Below the pieces are notes generated by a model. The model searched no databases. It saw only the letters and a list, made by a program, of their open reading frames with translations, and was not told where the DNA came from. Shown in pieces: positions 60,316 through 64,000 of a DNA stretch of 64,000 nt. The stretch spans positions 384,001 through 448,000 of the forward strand of contig CAXXDQ010000003.1 in assembly GCA_963664325.2 (NCBI GenBank). Direction: 5' to 3'. The position numbers and the translations under genes were made by a program. This DNA comes from Desulfomonilia bacterium (GTDB lineage: Bacteria > Desulfobacterota > Desulfomonilia > UBA1062). Positions within the stretch are counted from its first letter, which is position 1. Every line of letters starts with the position of its first letter.

Positions 60316-61801
60316 CCTTATTCGATCGATAAGAGTAAGGTTTATTGCATGGTATTCACTCATCCTGACAGTCACATTCCTGCTTTTCAGCACAGTGTTG
60401 TATATTTATCTTCAAAAGAGCTTGAACTCGTACCTGGATTTCATACTTGAGTCAAAGGCCGACGGTGTTGCTGCTTCCATAAATACTTACTGGGAAACTG
60501 AAAAAATGGTTGCTATTCATCGTAAAGGCATCAGCCGTAAGACGCTTAGTAAAATTAATAATGAAAACTTTCTCAAAATAGCAGACAGGTGGGTTGAAGA
60601 GCGGTCTGATGATCCGGATCTCGTAAATATAATCATTCAAATTTATAAGCCGAACGGGGAAATAATAGCCTATTCAAAAAGTGCGCCTATAGTCAATCTG
60701 TCCAAGGAAGGGCTTGATGAATTGAAGAAGGGCCAGGAGTTTTACGGAGATGAGAAGATAGAGATTTCAGAAAAGACATTCCAGGATTTCAGGTTTGTGG
60801 CAATACCCGTCAAAGAAGGAAAATCGATAGCTTATATTGTCCAGGTAGCGAGTCCCCTGACATTTACATATACAACACTCAACAGGGTAAAACTGATTCT
60901 ATTTGTCATGCTCCCGCTTACTGTCATCATTGCAAGTGTTTTGGCAGGGAAGTTCCTTGCGAGTATAACGTTAAATCCATTAAACAGTATGATAGGGACG
61001 GTACGACAGATTACCGGGGCCAACCTTGATACAAGGGTGACGGTTCCTGAGAACATGGATGAAATCAGGGAGCTTGCAGAAACATTCAATGACATGCTTG
61101 AAAGGATTAACCGCTCATTTGCAATCCAGAGGCAATTCATGCAGGACGTGTCGCATGAATTGAAAACACCCCTTACTGTTATAAGAGGAGAAATGGAGGT
61201 TGCCCTCAAACGAGAACGCTCAATTCACGAATACAGGGATATACTTGAAAGCAATCTTGATGAGATCAAGAAGATAAACCGTATATTGGAAAGTCTTCTT
61301 GCCCTGGCAAGGTTCGACAGCGACGCAGAGACGTTGCATAAAGAACCAGCTGATATAACGGCACTCATCAAAGAGATTCTGAATGACATTGAGATACTGG
61401 CGTTACAAAAAAATATAGAGATAACAGTTATCTCAGAAACATCTGACAGGTCGGTAAATATTGACAAGGAAAGGGTGAGAAGGGTCTTTTATAATATTTT
61501 CGACAATGCAATTAAATATTCCGGTGAAAATGGAAAGATCGAGATTGAAATTGAAAGGATTAATGAAGAGGTCTTCATATACATCAGTGATACAGGTCCG
61601 GGTATTTCCGAAGAAGATATACCATATATTTTCGACAGGTTTTACCGTGCAGACAAGGCCAGGTGCAGTGAAGGTTTCGGGCTTGGTTTAAGCATTGCGA
61701 AATCAATTGTTAAAGCTCATGGCGGGAACATAGAAGTCAGAAGCAGAACCGGCGAAGGTGCAACGTTCATAATTTCATTGCCGGCAGGTCAGCAAGCCTG
61801 A
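60299..61801 (+). CDS. HAMP-domain sensor histidine kinase
   Basis: Two TM helices, HAMP, DVSHELKTP, NAIKYS, DTGPG, GLGLSIA. Confidence 0.95.
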   Translation: MFLKSNLIRSIRVRFIAWYSLILTVTFLLFSTVLYIYLQKSLNSYLDFILESKADGVAASINTYWETEKMVAIHRKGISRKTLSKINNENFLKIADRWVEERSDDPDLVNIIIQIYKPNGEIIAYSKSAPIVNLSKEGLDELKKGQEFYGDEKIEISEKTFQDFRFVAIPVKEGKSIAYIVQVASPLTFTYTTLNRVKLILFVMLPLTVIIASVLAGKFLASITLNPLNSMIGTVRQITGANLDTRVTVPENMDEIRELAETFNDMLERINRSFAIQRQFMQDVSHELKTPLTVIRGEMEVALKRERSIHEYRDILESNLDEIKKINRILESLLALARFDSDAETLHKEPADITALIKEILNDIEILALQKNIEITVISETSDRSVNIDKERVRRVFYNIFDNAIKYSGENGKIEIEIERINEEVFIYISDTGPGISEEDIPYIFDRFYRADKARCSEGFGLGLSIAKSIVKAHGGNIEVRSRTGEGATFIISLPAGQQA

Positions 61802-61802
61802 T

Positions 61803-61849
61803 TATAATATTTTAATACGATTCTAATCGTCTTTTAATCGTATTAATCA
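61803..61849 (+). promoter_or_regulatory. Tandem (T/C)TAAT direct repeats, putative response-regulator boxes
   Basis: tttaatacgattctaatcgtcttttaatcgtattaatc with roughly 11-bp periodicity. Confidence 0.5.
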
Positions 61850-61890
61850 TATACGGATATCCGAACAAAAAAACCTAGGAGGCAGTGTTT

Positions 61891-62196
61891 ATGAAAAAGG
61901 CAATAGTTGGTTTTTTGGTACTTGTAGCATTCACATTCATGGTAACCGCGGCATTTGCAGCAGATGCGGCAGCACCAGCGGCACCGGCCGACAAGGCGGC
62001 ACCGGCAGTAACAGCAGACAAGGCGGCACCGGCGGCTGACAAGGCGGCACCGGCAGACAAGAAGGCGGAAAAGAAGGCAAAGAAAGCAAAGAAGTCAAAG
62101 AAGGCAAAGAAGACGGAAAAGAAGGCAGACGCAGCGGCACCGGCAGCGCCGGCTGAAGCAGCGGCACCGGCAGCACCGGCAGCACCGGCAAAGTAA
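61891..62196 (+). CDS. Small secreted Ala/Lys/Pro-rich low-complexity protein (Asr-like)
   Basis: AGGAGG RBS; signal peptide ending AFA; ADKAAPA repeats and a Lys-rich block. Confidence 0.8.
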   Translation: MKKAIVGFLVLVAFTFMVTAAFAADAAAPAAPADKAAPAVTADKAAPAADKAAPADKKAEKKAKKAKKSKKAKKTEKKADAAAPAAPAEAAAPAAPAAPAK

Positions 62197-62225
62197 GATA
62201 GGTAAACGGAATAAATGGTCCGTGA

Positions 62226-62591
62226 ATGAAAAAGCTAATAATACTGCTGATCATTCTCGGACTGACTTCAACGATTTGCTTCGCAGAAAAGGCGGCAGTC
62301 CCGAAAAAGGATGCCGCCTTTTTTAATAAGGGAACTAAGGAATTTGTTGCAACCGGATATGTGGAGACAGTCATTTCTGCCGATCCTAAACAAGGCCAGA
62401 AATCAAAAATAATCATTGTAACGGATGATGGTAAAAGGATAATCTTCTTTGTCAAAAAGACAACGACAATATATGACAAGGACATGAAGGCTAAAAGTCT
62501 TGCAGCAATCTCAGTAAAAACCAGGGTGACAATAGGATACAGATCAGATAAAGACGGGTTCTATGAAGCCCTCTCTATCACCGAGTTATAG
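62226..62591 (+). CDS. Secreted hypothetical protein (possible OB-fold)
   Basis: Signal peptide; beta-strand-rich, TTIYDK...ISVKTRVTIGY. Confidence 0.7.
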   Translation: MKKLIILLIILGLTSTICFAEKAAVPKKDAAFFNKGTKEFVATGYVETVISADPKQGQKSKIIIVTDDGKRIIFFVKKTTTIYDKDMKAKSLAAISVKTRVTIGYRSDKDGFYEALSITEL

Positions 62592-62645
62592 GATCAGATT
62601 TATTTCTTATTTTTTCCGTCTGCCATTTACGGGGTGACCCAGTAT

Positions 62646-63290
62646 ATGAAAAAACCATTAGTAATTATTGTCCTGTTCACGCTGAGCGTATTTCATCCTG
62701 CAGTCCTAAGGGCTTTTGACTGGAATAATCCTGATTTCGGACAGGATGGCATGACGGGGCTGACTGATTCCCAGAAAAAAGAGCTGTCGGAAGGTAAGAT
62801 TGTTTTTTCTACAACCGATGGAGACAAGGGAAGTTCACTTATAGAAGCTGCGATTGTCTTCAACAAAACCCCGCAGGAAGTATGGGGCATGCTTTCAAAA
62901 ACAGAAGAGCAGATCAAATACCTAAAAGAGGTAAATAAAATAAAGCTAATTGAGAAAAACAACAGTTCGGACAAGATTTGGTTTCAGTTGAAAATCATGC
63001 TGTTGCCGATAAGATATCAGATAAACCATCATTATAGTGAAAATGAACTTTATTTTTATTGGTCATTGGACCCTTCATATAAAAATGATCTGAAGGAACT
63101 TAAAGGATTCTGGAAATTCTATCCCTATGAAAATAATAAAACATTAGCAAGATACGGGAGTATTGTCAGACTGAAATATATACCTTTATTCCTACAGGAT
63201 ACATTTAAGAAAAAGGCAGTCGAAAAAGCACTCAAGTCTGTAAAATGCTATGTTGATTCAGGCGGCACCTGCAAAAGAAAAGGATATTGA
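62646..63290 (+). CDS. Secreted SRPBCC/START-like protein
   Basis: Signal peptide; TPQEVWGML, WSLD, GFWKFYP...TLARY pattern. Confidence 0.65.
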   Translation: MKKPLVIIVLFTLSVFHPAVLRAFDWNNPDFGQDGMTGLTDSQKKELSEGKIVFSTTDGDKGSSLIEAAIVFNKTPQEVWGMLSKTEEQIKYLKEVNKIKLIEKNNSSDKIWFQLKIMLLPIRYQINHHYSENELYFYWSLDPSYKNDLKELKGFWKFYPYENNKTLARYGSIVRLKYIPLFLQDTFKKKAVEKALKSVKCYVDSGGTCKRKGY

Positions 63291-63424
63291 TAAAAGCGCT
63301 TGTCTTTGTTCCTTTTTTGTTCGAGATGTGCGCTTTTCTTTAGATTCTGAAAGCTCATTATCACTCCTGGCGTTTGCTAAAATATCTGGTGATGTTTCCT
63401 TCGTCGATCTTAATTACGAATAAA

Positions 63425-64000
63425 TTACTTGGCTTTACCAGCGGCCTGGTCCTGTTTTTTAAGCATCATTCCCGGCAGCACTCCCTTATTAAGCACTCCG
63501 TTTTCAACGACTGCCAGACCATTTATCATAACCATCTCAAGGCCTGTAGGATGATGTACCGGATCGCGGAATACGGCTTTTGTCTTGAAATTCCGGGCAT
63601 CCATTATCAGCAGGTCTGCGAAATAGCCTTCCTTTATCAACCCGCGGTTTTCAATGCCGAACTCCTTTGCCGGCAGGCCTGTACATTTATATACGGCAGT
63701 CTCGAGGTCTAGCAATCTTTTTTCAAATACATACCTTCCGATAAATTTAGGGTAACATCCATAGAACAGGTATGAAGGTTTGCCAATGCCGAGCAGGATT
63801 GTATCCGTTGTTATCATTACGGACGGGTCAATAAGGGCTGGGAATGTGTAGCCTTCCGTGAATACATCGTCAGGTTCGCTCATGGACTCGAATACCAGTA
63901 CATGGCCGTCTTCCTCAAGCAACAGGTCACACATTACATCAAACGGGTGCATATCCCGTTCTTCGCCTATTTCTGTAAATCGTCTGCCTTCAAGGTGCTT
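63425..64000 (-). CDS. N-acyl-D-amino-acid deacylase family amidohydrolase, C-terminal part (runs off the window)
   Basis: YGCYPKFIG, TGLPA, RGLIKEGYFADL, VMINGLAV...PG. Confidence 0.85.
   Translation of the reverse strand, partial: KHLEGRRFTEIGEERDMHPFDVMCDLLLEEDGHVLVFESMSEPDDVFTEGYTFPALIDPSVMITTDTILLGIGKPSYLFYGCYPKFIGRYVFEKRLLDLETAVYKCTGLPAKEFGIENRGLIKEGYFADLLIMDARNFKTKAVFRDPVHHPTGLEMVMINGLAVVENGVLNKGVLPGMMLKKQDQAAGKAK

Noticed and set aside
61966-62192. GCGGCACCGGC repeats as REP elements or a non-coding VNTR
   Set aside because: They encode the AAPA repeats of the small secreted protein

Overview
A 64-kb stretch of bacterial chromosome, probably from an anaerobic Gram-negative organism (Desulfobacterota-like gene content; the taxonomy is inference). 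It is dominated by catabolic genes. Main blocks: (i) 0-16.3 kb: penicillin acylase, a sigma-54-driven PEP-CTERM protein, EEP lipoprotein, OFA transporter, cydAB, M28 peptidase, and a ferredoxin:disulfide reductase with glutaredoxin. (ii) 16.3-20.7 kb: an AT-rich, lone 1199-aa nuclease-STAND-TPR (Avs-like) gene with 15 shuffled 102-bp repeats, bracketed by two MITE-like elements that share 16-bp terminal inverted repeats. (iii) 20.7-37.7 kb: two paralogous glycyl-radical enzymes with non-canonical GCVD and KVGGY motifs, one activase, two GPH transporters, a URO-D/MtaA-family protein, Fe-ADH, FGGY kinase, a divergent DeoC, an esterase and twin TetRs. This is the best candidate for an undescribed pathway. 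(iv) 38-42 kb: a 2-hydroxyacyl-CoA dehydratase pair plus CoA ligase, with no activator. (v) 43.6-56.5 kb: an Atu-like branched acyl-CoA/terpenoid operon and an alkyl-DHAP-synthase-like gene. (vi) 56.7-64 kb: FN3 lipoprotein, AidB-like ACAD, a two-component system and small secreted proteins. Eight single-base frameshifts in homopolymer runs most likely reflect sequencing error. No rRNA, tRNA, CRISPR array, integrase or transposase was recognised.
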